Positions 53,171 through 64,000 of a stretch of 64,000 nt of DNA are shown in pieces (the stretch's first letter is position 1; each line of letters starts with the position of its first letter). Both the position numbers and the translations under genes were made by a program. This stretch comes from Octopus sinensis (Eukaryota): NCBI RefSeq assembly GCF_006345805.1, contig NC_043000.1:63860001-63924000 (forward strand). The letters are read 5' to 3'. Under the pieces are notes generated by a model. It saw only the letters and a list, made by a program, of their open reading frames with translations. It was not told where the DNA came from and searched no databases.

Positions 53171-53959
53171 GGTAGAGGTGCTGGAAAAATAAAATAAATT
53201 TCACTTATTATGGAAGTCAAAATCTCAAAAGGAGAGATGTTGTGATGAGAGTCACAATGCCTCCTTGTGAGAAATAGACTGGACCAAGTGATTGTAAATA
53301 GTAGCAGTCAGAGTGAAGTTTGTGTGTTAGTTCAAGTTGAGTTCACAGGGAAGTCAGAAGGTGTTGGTTTGTTAGGTTGTTTGGAATATTCAATGTTGTT
53401 TCGAGAAGTGATTGTTGGATCATTACGTTGTTATTATGGCTGCATCATTATCTTGTTTATTGTTACAACACTGGCACAGAGTATCAAAACGATCTGTCAC
53501 AATATCGTGGTTGTTCCCATGACATTGGAAACGGAGGATACAACAGAAGCACTTCCAAAAATCTTTCTTTTCAGAATCACAAAGTGCAAGTGTGTCATTA
53601 TCCATCCATACGTACTTGTCTCTCATAATGCCTTACTTTTAACTGATAAACTGTCTTGCAATCCAGAACAACTCCTTTCACTGCTCTTTGCACAGTAGAA
53701 CATTGGCAAATCTTTTCCTTTTTGCTAAATATACTTGCTTTTAAGCATCTCTCTTAGTTACTTGGTATAATTCTCTGCTAGACACATGCTTCCATTCTTT
53801 CCAAGCCTGTCTCTTTCCTTTTATGGTTCTGTCTATTTTGTTGTTCTACCACCATATCATCTTTGACTGGCTAGAACTTTATACCAGCCACAGATTTGAT
53901 ATGTAGACCCTCAATAAATTGTCCTGTAAGAACTTACACTAATCCTCTGTGTTTCCCTC

Positions 53960-54740
53960 TCATCAAATGCTTCATTAAACTTTCCTATTTTCCTTTCCAT
54001 GTGTGTCTCTGAGTCCTGCAAGCTCTATGTCCTGATGGAAACATTTTCCTTTGCCACAAGGATTCTCAGGGAATTTATCAAGGTGACTGTGGGCATAGTG
54101 CAGCTTTATGCTCATATTTGCCCCCAATGTTTGAAAGTTCTCCAGAATTTTGTTGACTATTCCTTCATAGTCAGCTTTCTTATTGCCCAGAAAAGTCATT
54201 TACAACTATTACAAATGAATTCCATGTTGTTGCTTCAGTGAAATTCATTGAATTTACAAAGTTCCAATCTTTCATCAATTTTCTGATTTGAGGCCCATCA
54301 AAAACTCCAGCTTTTATCTTTTCACTGCTCAAACTGGGGAATATAATGAAAGCATGGTTCATCTTTATCCAGTGCTTTAACAAATTGCTTCATAATGCCA
54401 AGTTTAATATGGAGTGGATGTAGGATGATTTCTCCTGATAGAAGTAAAGGCTCTTTAACTACATTAAAAAACCCTGGAATTAATGTTTACTACAGCCATT
54501 CTTTGATCACCCAATGTTTTTCCACATACATAAAAAACATGAATATTTGGTGTATTCCCTTTGTTGCTACAGGAGAACATTTACTATCTTAAAGTCCACA
54601 TATATCACCAACTGATGATTGTGGGGTTTTGGCATCTTAAAATCTAGACATGATGGGAAAAAATGGATTCTGTTTTTAGATTCAGCATATCAAAAAACCT
54701 TCAAATCAGATAAAAGCATCGAAACACCTGTTGAACTGTG
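53960..54740 (-). pseudogene. DNA-transposon transposase relic, Chapaev3-like
   Basis: QQREYTKYSCFLCMW, PLHIKLGIMKQFVKALDK, LSSEKIKAGVFDGPQIRKL, FLGN, NMSIKLHYAHSHLDKFPEN, FHQDI. The family assignment is from motif recall. Confidence 0.6.
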
Positions 54741-54916
54741 CTATCACATTAGAGGTTCTGAAGCAGAACAAGTCACAAAGTTTGTTTCTCAGCAATAAAA
54801 TGTTGCAGAGGATATGAAAAGCCAGGGTGTACCAGTCTCTAAGCTAAGTAAACATTGATTGTCTCTTTGTGCTACTTTTATTACATAGCTATTGACAAGC
54901 CTCACCCTGAACTACT

Positions 54917-54964
<48 letters not shown>

Positions 54965-55552
54965 TGTGTGTGTGTGTGAGTATGTGTGTGAGTGTGTGTA
55001 TGTTCTGTTGGACACAGATGCAAGGACATCAATGATGATAGTATCTCTCCCGCTCTTTCTCTCTCTCTCTCTCTGTCTCTCTGTCTCTCTCTCTCTCTCT
55101 ATTGGGTTCATTTACTTGGAATATAAAACACACTCATTACACTCTGTAAAGTGTTTGGCAGTAGGAAAGACATCAAACTGTAGAAACCATGCCAAAAAGA
55201 AAAAAATATATACAAGTGCGATACGATCCTTAATCTGTCTCGGAGTATTCTAAGTTCAAATGAGAACTTACACTTTTTCTATTGGTCCATCTAACAAATG
55301 CCAACATGGGAACATAGATGTTGAAATGACAATGAAAACACTCTCTTTATCAAACATAGGAGGAATTCTTCTCTCACCACCTATGACATACAACAACCTC
55401 CTAACGTAATAAGTATGACTTCCTCCTTGACAAGTATAACACAACCCAACACACTTTTAATCTTTACAAGTATGACTCTTCTCGTTATCTTGACAAATAT
55501 AATCTACCATTATTCAAAAAGTACCCTAATAATGTGTGGCAGAAAGTGTACC

Positions 55553-55866
55553 CTTTCGAAAGAGCTGTTCTTCACTCCTGCTCCAGAGCGTCGGCTGCGG
55601 GGTCACTCCGAAAAGCTCTATCTGCGACGATTTCATCTCAATCGAAGGAGAGGGGCTTTCTCCGTCCAGGTTGCGGATCCGTGGAATAAGCTGCCGGACG
55701 AGATAGTGAAGATGCCAACGACCGCTCGGTTCAAAGTCTCTCTTGACCAGAAATGGCCTGAACTCTTTGCATGAACACTCTTCCTGTACATAACTCCATG
55801 TCCCCCTACATGGCCTTGCTTTTTGCTTTTTGAGCCAAAAAATTAACTTAACTTAACTTAACTTAA
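55553..55866 (+). mobile_element. Young 5'-truncated CR1 LINE 3' end with (TTAAC)n tail
   Basis: RGHSEKLYLRRFHLNRRRGAFSVQVADPWNKLPDEIVKMPTTARFKVSLD, stop at 55774, many CpGs retained, and a tandem tail at 55843-55866. Confidence 0.85.
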
Positions 55867-56029
55867 AAGGTTTGTACATATTCTGCAATGTGAGGATCAG
55901 AATCCTGAAGTGTTCTAGACTGCACAGTAATTATGTCAGCATGAATAATGACATTATCATTAGATTTAATTTTTCAAGGTGGTGCTCCAGCATGGCAGCA
56001 GTCTAATGAATGAAAACAAATAAAGGAAT

Positions 56030-56800
56030 AAAGGAATAAAAAAAGTAGCGCACTTGCTCTCACTGATGGTAAGGTAAAAGAAATGTTGGAAATGTTAATA
56101 ATGTTATTGGATGAAAAGAATATCTGGCAGAAAGAGGAACTAATCCAAATAAATCCAACAAAGGACCAGTTATTAAAGGTGAAAGCAGTATTGTGAAGGT
56201 GTTATTACCCCTTTTGTTGAAATTCACTACTTTGTTTCAACTAATTTTGAAAATTAGAAAAATTTAGTAAAATAACTTTGTCGTTATTAAGTTGGTATTT
56301 TGAACATAAATTAACATGAAATTTCGATGGAGGTTTTTTTAAAATCACTTCAAAACAGAAGTTTGTACCATAGAACCAGAGGCAATCTCAGGAGGTTTGG
56401 TACCAGAAAGGTTAAGGAAATGAAGGAGAAAACTGCTGGGCCATCAGGGATAGTCACTGAGATGCTGAAAATATCTAAAGTAGTTCACATGCTTTTCACT
56501 CTTATAATCAATCAGGTAACACAGAGAGGTATCATACCCAATAATGGCATAGGAATATTATCAATTATGATGAGGGCAAAGGTGTTCCAGAAGAAAGTAG
56601 CTTCATAGGTATCACATTAATGAAAATAACAGAAAGAACTATAAGAGAAAGTACCACTGATTACATAGAAAATTAACTAAAATGAGATACAGTTCAGGTT
56701 TGAGAACCACTGATACCCATTTCTTAATAAGAGAACTTTGGACAAAATTCTTAACAAAGAGCAGGCCACTATAACTAATAATGACCTACCTGGCGAATCT
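56030..56800 (+). pseudogene. RTE LINE fragment, itself interrupted by a TTAA MITE at 56208-56411
   Basis: ESSIVKV|KEMKEKTAGPSGIVTEMLK and a later QFRFE..TDTHFLIREL remnant. The MITE ends CCC...AAAGG|TTAA. Confidence 0.7.
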
Positions 56801-56867
56801 ATTTGGCATGGTAAATTATAGACAAGTATATTTACAAACATGCACACATATGTGTATATAAATACTT

Positions 56868-57181
56868 ATAAGAAAATGAGATGACAAAGGAATAAATGAT
56901 TATCTTGTGAACTTCAATAGCTTACAGCTGTTTCTGCTATAGGGTGCAGTGAACTCATAGTTGAGTGCCTGACTAACACCTTCATCAGAGCCTCGAATAT
57001 GAAGTCACTGCACACCCACTTCAGAAATATCATTCTATCACATATTTGAGGCTTCAATGAAGCTATAAGGTATTAGTCAGGCTCTCAACTGTGAGTCCAC
57101 TGCATTTTATTGCAGAAACAACTTTAAGCTAATGAAGTTCCTTAGATAATCATTTATTCCTGTGTCATCTCATTTTCTTAT
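56868..57181. mobile_element. Foldback element: two inverted ~130-bp arms, each containing a Penelope-type hammerhead motif
   Basis: The arms ataagaaaatgagatgac...gagcctc and gaggct...gtcatctcattttcttat are reverse complements. The minus-strand core is ggct-CTGATGA...GAAA-CAGCTG-TA-agct (56919-56992). Confidence 0.75.
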
Positions 57182-57756
57182 TACCGCTCTATACTCAACT
57201 TATGCTTAGCATATTGAGTTCTACACCAAGTTATTAGTCCCACAATGCCTGAGCAAAATATCAAAATACATACTTATATATGTATTTATGCTTATACATA
57301 AGTACATATATAAAATGTCTCACAATGCATATGTTGAATCATCATTGAAGGCTTCCTCATCATGTGGCACATCTTGAGTAAATGAGTTAGGTAGAATCCA
57401 TTTTTCTACAAGTTATTGATTATATCAGAAGGTCTAACTGTGAATTGAACCTGAATTACTGACCAAACTGATTATTCAGGAGGTTACCATCATGAAATTC
57501 CATTTATGGAAAGTACTATGAGTAAAATATAATGTTTATATAGATTTTTTTTTTTACACTTTCATACCTTGGTCTGTTAGTGTGATACCTCTAAAGTGGC
57601 AGCATAGTTAGAAAGTTTGCTTCCCAACCACATGGTTCCAGGTTCAGTCCCACTGCAGGATACCTTGGGCAAGTGTTTCTACTATAGCCCCAGGCTGACC
57701 AAAGCCATGTGAGTGGATTTGGTAGATAAGCACTAAAGAAGCTCATTGTATATAAG

Positions 57757-58152
57757 TGTAGTGACACTTGGTTCCAGACACCAGTTTGGGATTTTCATCC
57801 ACACATGCACAAGGATTAGTCTTCTGGAAGGCCTGCCAGGAGTCCCTTAGGTGCATGCGCAGTCATCAGCAGCAGCTAGGCTTGACCGCTATTCTCTCTC
57901 TTCTTCCAACTGCTGATCGAGCGAGACGCAACGAGACGAGCTCCATGTGTAGGTGAATACGACTTGGGTGAATCTGTGAAGAATACCTTCACAATTGTGA
58001 TTCAACCGACTCTGCTGCTTCCACCCCCCACCCACCCCCGGCGTCCAGGCTACCGATGTCCAGAGATGAAATGCTTATTTCGGCGAAAATAAATTATTAT
58101 TGTTATTTGTTCGGAGATTCTTGTTCCCACTATTTTCCTTTAAACAACTATG
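57757..58152 (+). mobile_element. Probable solo LTR inserted in a SINE family B copy
   Basis: Starts TGTAGT, has a CpG-rich body and AATAAA at ~58088, ends caactatg (degenerate ACTACA), and is flanked by TAAG on both sides. Confidence 0.5.
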
Positions 58153-58569
58153 TAAGGAAATGTGAGGCACCAAACTAGTGCCAGCCTCATTTCCTACATA
58201 AGCATATATATATATATATGATTGTGTGTGTATGTGTCTCCTTGTCTTGGACATCACTTCATAGTTATAAATGAATGTCACTGTCATACAAGCAATGTCC
58301 TTTATTCCCAATATTTTGTGAAAATGTGTCTGGCCATGGGAAAATATTAATTTGGTTGGAAACAGGTGAGGGTTGGTAACAGAAAGGGCATCCAGACATA
58401 GAAAATCTACTTCAAAGAGACCCATCCAACCCATGCATACATGCATGGAAAAGTGGATGTAAAAATGATTTTGATTTTAATGGGTGGGAGGGAGGAGAAG
58501 GAGGAGGAGAGGAGGATATATATACACATATGTATATGTATTTTACTTCAGTATATGGCACAAAAAAAA

Positions 58570-58798
58570 CACCATTTGAGCGTGGCCGTTGCCAGTACCG
58601 CCTGATTGGCCCTCATGCCGGTGGCACGTAAAAGCACCCACTACACTCTCGGAGTGGTTGGCATTAGGAAGGGCATCCAACTGTAGAAACATTGCTAGAT
58701 CAGATTCGAATCTAGTGCAGCCATCTGGTTTGCCAGACCTCAGTCAAATCGTCCAACCCATGCTAGCATGGAAAGTGGACGTTAAACGATGATGATGT
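58570..58798 (+). mobile_element. RTE-tail-derived short element
   Basis: ccatttgagcgtggccgttgcc...ccaacccatgctagcatggaaagtggacgttaaacgatgatgatg. The tail is shared with ~31520-31780, 43340-43430 and 44660-44850. Confidence 0.7.
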
Positions 58799-58864
58799 AT
58801 ATATATGAAAACAAGAGAGAGCAACAAGCATATATGCCTTGTCTTTAACTAGCAGTTTATTGCA

Positions 58865-59281
58865 TACTCTTTACTCTCTTTACTCTTTTACTTGTTTCAG
58901 TCATTTGACTGCGGCCATGCTGGAGCACCGCCTTTAGTTGAGCAAATCGACCCCGGGACTTATTCTTTGGAAGCCCAGTACTTATTCTATCGGTTTCTTT
59001 TGCCGAACTACTAAGTGACAGGGACGTAAATACACCAGCATCGGTTGTCAAGCAATGCTAGGGAGACAAACACAAACACACAAACACACACATACATATA
59101 CATATATATACATATATACGACAGGCTTCTTTCAGTTTCCATCTACCAAATCCACTCACAAGGCATTGGTCGGCCCAGGGCTATAGCAGAAGACAGTTGC
59201 CCAAGATGCCACGCAGTGGAACTGAACCCGGAACCATGTGGTTGGTTAGCAAGCTACTTACCACACAGCCACTCCTGCGCC
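58865..59281 (-). mobile_element. SINE family B, full length
   Basis: Complete head (reverse complement ggcgcaggagtggctgtgtggtaagtagc) and (ctttta)n tail. Confidence 0.85.
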
Positions 59282-61379
59282 TATATGTGTATAAATATCA
59301 CAGAAAAAATTAATAAGAGAGAAATAGTCAAGAAATGCAATAGAAGTTGACTCTGAATAGTCTACATACTACCTACCTAATCACTAAGAAAGTAACAACC
59401 AATGCAATTCTTCAGTTTATTTCATAGCAATTCATAACAATATATCAAGTCTTTTCAACAAAGTTAAATGCTGCTATTTTGTGCGATGACTATGTATGAG
59501 AGTTAGCCCAAATCTAATATAACTATTGTTAGTCATCTTCTCTATATATTAATGGTCCTATTTAATGCCACAAAATTATTTTCTTTGCTGAATGGAAATC
59601 ATAAAAAGAAGCTGGTTTATAATGAGTACTTTAAATAAACCAGTATAGCTAGTCAGATATTAAATAAATGGATAAGTTCAGACTTGCAGTCCACATTAAG
59701 AGAAGAAAAGAAAATACAAGATCTAACAAAATCAAATGTCTTCTGGTAACCCACAAGGATTAAATTTGGAGTATTATGAGGTATGCGAATAATTATCATA
59801 ATGCTTTCTATTTTTAAGTACAAAGCCAATTTTTAATAATTTAATTGATTGAGTTTTTCTCAAGTGGCACTAATTTATCAATTCCAATGGGATGCAAAAT
59901 GAAGTTAGTTTTGATAGAACATCATATCAATTACTCGAAAGAATTTGTCCCAGTTTTCTGTTTGCATCATTTCACTCTTGCCAGTATATATTATATTAAT
60001 GAGGAAATTTCAATGAACAAGAAATATCAATCAATCTCCATCAAATCACATATATAATGGGCAATGTAGTTTGAGGTATACTATGACTAAAAAGTGATGG
60101 CTATAAGTGAACTGCTTTTGACTATAGGTTTGATTTACACAATAATAACAAACTAAGGGTTTTTGTTGCTTGAGCATTGGCATGGTTTTATTGAATAAGG
60201 CCTGGCTGTGTGGTTAAGAAGCTCACTTCCCAACTGTGTAGTTTTGGATTCAGTCCCACTACACAGTACCTTGGGTCAATGTCTTCAACTATAGCTCTGG
60301 ATCAAGTAAAGCCTTGTGAGAGTATTTGGTAGTTTGAAATCAAAAGAAGTCTGTCATACATAAGAGTCCCATCTTTATGACATAATTTGGATATTTTCAA
60401 TAGTTTCTGCACCTCTGAACTGATGATGGATCCTCTATCATTTTCAACAAGGAGTATTTACTTGCTCAACAGAACAGCCTACTTATTAAATTAATGGCTG
60501 ACTATTTCAATGATCCACAAAAGGCTGGATTTTTAAAATTTATAGCTACAATCAATTTAATAGGCTTCCACACAGTTTTCACTACCCATTTTCACTCACA
60601 AATCTTGCATCAACCTCAACCTATGGCAAAAGATTTTTTCTCAAGTCTCAGAGTGAACTCAAATCTAGAATCTCCTAATTATGAAGTAAACTTTTTAATC
60701 ATTTGGTCCACCTTTTCTCTGAATTAACAAACTATGCACAATTAAGGAACTACATTCCCTCAATTCACTTACCTCTCTTTTACTCTTCCCAACTCCAATC
60801 TCATACTGAATTTCCTTCTCCAAACTGCCATCTTTCAGGATTCTACTCCCCTCAGTCTACTTTTTCCCTTACAGATACATTCTACAGAACCAACACCAGC
60901 TTCACAAGCCTAGGAAGCTTCAGAAGGGTTATGAGTACTGTTCCTCATCTTCATACTAAATAATAATGAAACTGAAGAAGAGAAAGACTACAGGTGGTGC
61001 TCCAGCATGGAGCATTCAACTGTAATGGCTAAAACAAACAAAAGAATATTAACTTTAACCATATGTTTGTCATTTCAGTAATGTTGTGCTTAAACATCAT
61101 TGAGTTCACAACCATATTTCTATTCCCAGTTTCTGACATCTTATTTCACTTTATCTTTGATGACATCAATGAGAAAAGCACAATCTTCTCATATTCAAAA
61201 AGCTAAGGCAGTAAACCTCACCAGAAAATCTGGAGGGAGGGACCTTAAGGCAGATATGTTATAATTAACCAATAGCTGGCATCTCCTGAGGCTCCATGGA
61301 TGCAGAAAACTTGCTGACTTGTCTTTCCTTGGTTGTGTATCTATGAGTGGAGAGGTGGTAAGTGTAATTAGGACTAGGC

Positions 61380-64000
61380 CAGGCATCGGCAACCTATGGC
61401 ATGAATGCCATGTGTGGCACACAGACCAATTCACAATGGCACACACACCTCTTGGCAAAAAATAAACATAAATTTTTGTTTATAACTATATTTCAGGAAG
61501 CGACATCATAATAATAAAATTACTTTGTTACATTTCTTTTTTTATGATCCATCTATTATAACCTAAACTATCTAAAGTTAGCTGTACTTGGTAGTGTTAC
61601 ATTTCCTTAAAAATATAGTATAACTGAACACATATAATTTTGACGATACCAAATTATAAATGTTAGCACAATTAACTTGTTGTTTGTAAGCTGGTGCTGA
61701 AAGCATTTATATGTACTTTATTACTGAAGCCAGGAGGTAGAGCTGCAAATGCCTATTTTTTGAAATCAGTTATATATTTAGCAATGCAGATCATATGCTA
61801 AAATTAGTTAACCACCTTACAGCAGTCAGCTTAAATAAAGACACTCTTAAAAATGAGCTCCTACTTTGTGGGTCATCTATAAGTAGATTCTTCTAAAATT
61901 ATTATCTCATTTTGAAGCCACTTTTATATAAAATGGAAAGGAAAAGAAGTAGTGAGAAGGGTTTTCAAAGACAAAACAATGAAAAGTCAAAAATTATACT
62001 TATTTTCTTTGGTTTCAATTTCTCCTTTGTGAGTCAAGTTGTCTGATTTTTTTCTGTTTATTCTTACTATTTATTTTAATCTAATTATTCTTATTATTAC
62101 AAAAATTTATTCATTAAATTTATTTCATTTTTGTTTTTTATTTTTTTTTTACTATTTATTTCATTCTAATTATTTTTATTTAGTTATTTTTATCTTTATT
62201 TGTAGAATCTGGTTTAAGGGTTTATACACCTGTTAAACCTGTTAATATTAATTGTCAATATATAGTGCCCCAAGATAAATAACAAAAGAGAAAAACTTTC
62301 TCCTTTGTGAGTCAAGTTGTCTGATTTTTTTCTGTTTATTCTTACTATTTATTTTAATCTAATTATTCTTATTATTACAAAAATTTATTCATTAAATTTA
62401 TTTCATTTAAAAAAAATTTTTTTTTTACTATTTATTTCATTCTAATTATTTTTATTTAGTTATTTTTATCTTTATTTGTAGAATCTGGTTTAAGGGTTTA
62501 TACACCTGTTAAACCTGTTAATATTAATTGTCAATATATAGTGCTCCAAGATAAATAACAAAAGACAAAAACTTGACGTTCGTTCATTTCAAGATTTCTG
62601 GAGAATTGCATATGGATTTGTATAGTAAAATTATCGTGCTGTATATGCATTCTGCAGTGAATCTGTGTATGTCATACAACAAGTGTACAAAGACATTATC
62701 ATACTAGACACCAGACTATATTTAAAAACTCTGATGAGAAAAGTGAAGCCATAAAAAGGGGTAGTTCTAGTTACAAAAAAAGCACTTTTTTTTTTGTCCA
62801 AATGCTTGGAATGAAAAATAAAGCCAATGAATGTAGTTACACAATTACTCAATGTATAGCTGAGAAAGGTAAACCTTTTATAAATGGAGAATTTATCAAA
62901 AAAGCTTTTCTGAGAAGTGCTAAAATTTTGTTCAGTGATTTACCAAACGCTGAAACAATACTGTCTCAATTTCAAGAAATACCAGCTTCTGTGAGATCAA
63001 TTGAGAGATGTATAACTGATATAACTGAAAACATAACAATAAAACAAAAAGTTGTATTACAAAAAACTGCTGCATTCAGTGGTGCTGTCAATGAAAGTAC
63101 TGACGTGAATGACATGGCGTGCCTAGCAATTGTTGTAAGATACTGTGACAATGATCGTATTTATGAAGAATTAAGTTGTTTGATTCCTCATACCAATACA
63201 ACTACAGGACAGGACATTCTGATTGCATTTGTAAATTATTTCGAAAATCAAGCCATTAATATAAATAAAATATTTCACTTCACTACTGACGGTGCACATG
63301 CAATGGTTGGAAGGAAAAAGGATTTTTTAATCTTTTGAGAATCATAGTGGATGCAATGTAATGAGTTTTAATTGCATTATACATCAGGAAAATTTAATTG
63401 CAAAAATTTTGTCCCAAAGCTTGAATTCTGTCATGGAGACTGTTGTTTAAATAGTTAACTTCATAGTTTCTCGCTCTTCACTGACTCACAGACAATTTAA
63501 GTCCTTTCAGCAAGAATTGGACAGTGAATATGCAGACCTCCCACTACACAGTAATGTCCATTGGCTTAGTCAGGGTAATGTTTTGAACAGATTTGTATCA
63601 TGCTTAGAAGAAATCAAAATATTTCTTGAAGAGTAACATTTCCCAGAATTGAACAATGAAGACTGGTTATTTAAGTTGATGTTTCTAACTGACATAAGCA
63701 AACACTTGAATGATTTAAATTTGCATTTACAAGGGAAAGATCAAACAGTATTTGATCTTTTTGAACACTGAAAATTTTGTTAAAATTAGATATTTTTGAT
63801 GTGATATACTTAGCAACACTTACAAATACTTTCCAAATGTAAAAACTTATTCACATTGATTTAATGTTAATAGAAACGAACTTTAAAAAATATATTGCAA
63901 CGTTGAAAGAAGAATTTTTCAAGTGAGGTAAAGATTTTGAAACTTACACTCCTATATTTTCTTCTCTCATTGAACTCGACTTGATTGACTTGAAAACAAA
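61380..64000 (+). mobile_element. hAT transposon of the Buster/SPIN group (GTF2IRD2/EPM2AIP1-like transposase), decayed, runs off the window
   Basis: Left TIR CAGGCATCGGCAACCT preceded by gacTAggc (nnnTAnnn site). BED-finger remnant, KGKPFINGEFIK, NESTD, TTDGAHAMVG, CIIHQE and HSNVHWLSQG motifs. Confidence 0.88.
62019..62574. repeat. Two-unit tandem duplication, 278-bp period
   Basis: 62019-62296 and 62297-62574 are near-identical apart from a homopolymer tract and a few substitutions. Confidence 0.9.

Larger units (their letters stand above)
49412..53542 (+). mobile_element. Ty3/Gypsy LTR retrotransposon lacking RT/RNase H, with both LTRs, PBS, PPT and 5-bp TSD
   Basis: LTRs 49412-49700 and 53238-53542 (TGTTGT..GATACA). 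TSD ACAGA at 49407-49411 and 53543-53547. PBS tggcaacaaggat (CpG-decayed tRNA-Ser type TGGCGACGAGGAT). PPT aaaaggagaga. Confidence 0.92.
47870..53930 (-). mobile_element. RTE-clade LINE ORF2 relic interrupted by the Gypsy element (pieces ~47870-49411 and ~53543-53930)
   Basis: KRQAWKEWK...SEKKDFWKC | KAIKETRAKKDPDASGISSKMLK, DEIQFGFVPGRSTT, ELLYADD, GRLYDAC..VMPHGSEIW. The reading continues across the Gypsy insertion. Confidence 0.85.

Noticed and set aside
53520-53547. Apparent second PBS (tggaaacggaggat) after the 3' LTR, suggesting a tandem three-LTR element
   Set aside because: The motif is inside the LTR. The true end is GATACA at 53542, followed by the ACAGA TSD, and the real PBS is at 49703.
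1-64000. CRISPR arrays, rRNA, bona fide tRNA genes or prokaryotic/viral systems
   Set aside because: None were seen. tRNA-like boxes occur only as SINE heads, and there is no repeat-spacer array or operon-like coding density.

Overview
AT-rich, microsatellite-dense animal genomic DNA whose SINE, RTE-tail and MITE families look like Octopus (cephalopod) repeats; the species call is from pattern recognition, not a search. One host gene is supported and the ORF track misses it: COX17 on the minus strand. Coding exon 1 is 13402-13496 and coding exon 2 is 2259-2343, separated by an ~11 kb intron, giving a 59-aa protein [59 protein letters not shown]. It has a probable 3'-UTR intron and a CpG-rich promoter near 13.5 kb. 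The rest is mostly decayed transposable elements: Tx1/L1, CRE, CR1 and RTE LINE relics, two Gypsy derivatives, two solo LTRs, mariner, DD37D-type, Chapaev3-like and hAT/Buster DNA transposons, TTAA (piggyBac-type) MITEs, Helentron-type HINEs and many tRNA-derived SINEs. The most unusual observations are: (1) several different Penelope-type minimal hammerhead-ribozyme motifs with palindromic stem III, including a 314-bp foldback element with one on each strand; (2) a TSD-flanked ORF1-only Tx1-like element that shares its 3' tail with a SINE family; (3) an RT/RNase H-less Gypsy element nested in an RTE LINE, itself carrying a MITE and an inverted-plus-direct duplicated insertion. All coordinates and identities were read by eye; no database searches were run.
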